This document shows positions 23,894-24,000 of a stretch of DNA of 24,000 nucleotides, piece by piece (the first letter of the stretch is position 1; each line of letters starts with the position of its first letter). The position numbers and the translations under genes are program-made. Where the stretch lies: assembly GCA_963665515.1 (NCBI GenBank), contig OY762278.1:383423-407422 (forward strand), written 5' to 3'. Below the pieces are notes generated by a model. The model made no database searches. It saw nothing but the letters and a program-made list of their open reading frames with translations, and was not told the origin of the DNA. Origin of the DNA: Christensenellaceae bacterium. GTDB taxonomy: Bacteria > Bacillota > Clostridia > Christensenellales > CAG-138.

Positions 23894-23902
23894 AGTATAG
23901 CA
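23894..23902 (-). promoter_or_regulatory. Extended -10 promoter element upstream of the membrane-domain/pepF ORF
   Basis: The minus strand reads TGcTATACT, about 29 nt upstream of ATG 23865. This argues against the GTG 23970 start in the ORF track. Confidence 0.4.
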
Positions 23903-24000
23903 CATGCGCATGACGCAAAGCGAGTAGCCGCGGAGTTTTCCACAAAAACGCCACCTTTGCTTTGCGGCACGCTTATATGCGCACCGAATCCTGTGCTTGA

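Noticed and set aside
23687-24000. ORF 23687..23911(-) and the GTG 23970 start of the long pepF-frame ORF
   Set aside because: ORF 23687..23911 overlaps the membrane-domain coding region out of frame, and GTG 23970 lies upstream of the predicted extended -10 element (23894-23902). ATG 23865, with its SD, is the more plausible start.

Overview
This 24-kb chromosomal window (backbone about 55-58% GC by eye) looks like a Clostridia genome, possibly Oscillospiraceae-like; that is a guess from gene content. It is mostly housekeeping. The minus strand carries pepF, nfnAB, cca, glnS, gltX, ychF, a NusG_II/Gx-transporter/ApbE flavinylation operon and a four-module flavodiiron protein. The plus strand carries a TetR-SCP2-M24 operon and an SDR gene. 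I found no rRNA, tRNA, CRISPR array, transposase or integrase. Six things stand out. (1) A roughly 2.1-kb low-GC island (10076-12170) carries one 653-aa gene that fuses a RecB-like PD-(D/E)xK nuclease to a DUF2075/Schlafen-type P-loop ATPase; this is my best candidate for an accessory, defence-like system. (2) A tandem array with a 680-bp period holds at least 3 paralogous two-TM membrane proteins with mosaic conservation, and it runs off the left edge. (3) A structured 5' leader with an anti-SD element lies upstream of a DUF2992/YjdF gene and may be a yjdF-class riboswitch. (4) A roughly 314-aa polytopic membrane domain reads in frame, without a stop, into oligoendopeptidase F. (5) Five A/T-rich perfect palindromes with a shared core sit in the cca-glnS-gltX-ychF spacers. 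(6) The ApbE lipoprotein signal peptide has no canonical start codon; ACG sits where ATG is expected. All family calls come from motif recognition by eye. No database search was run.
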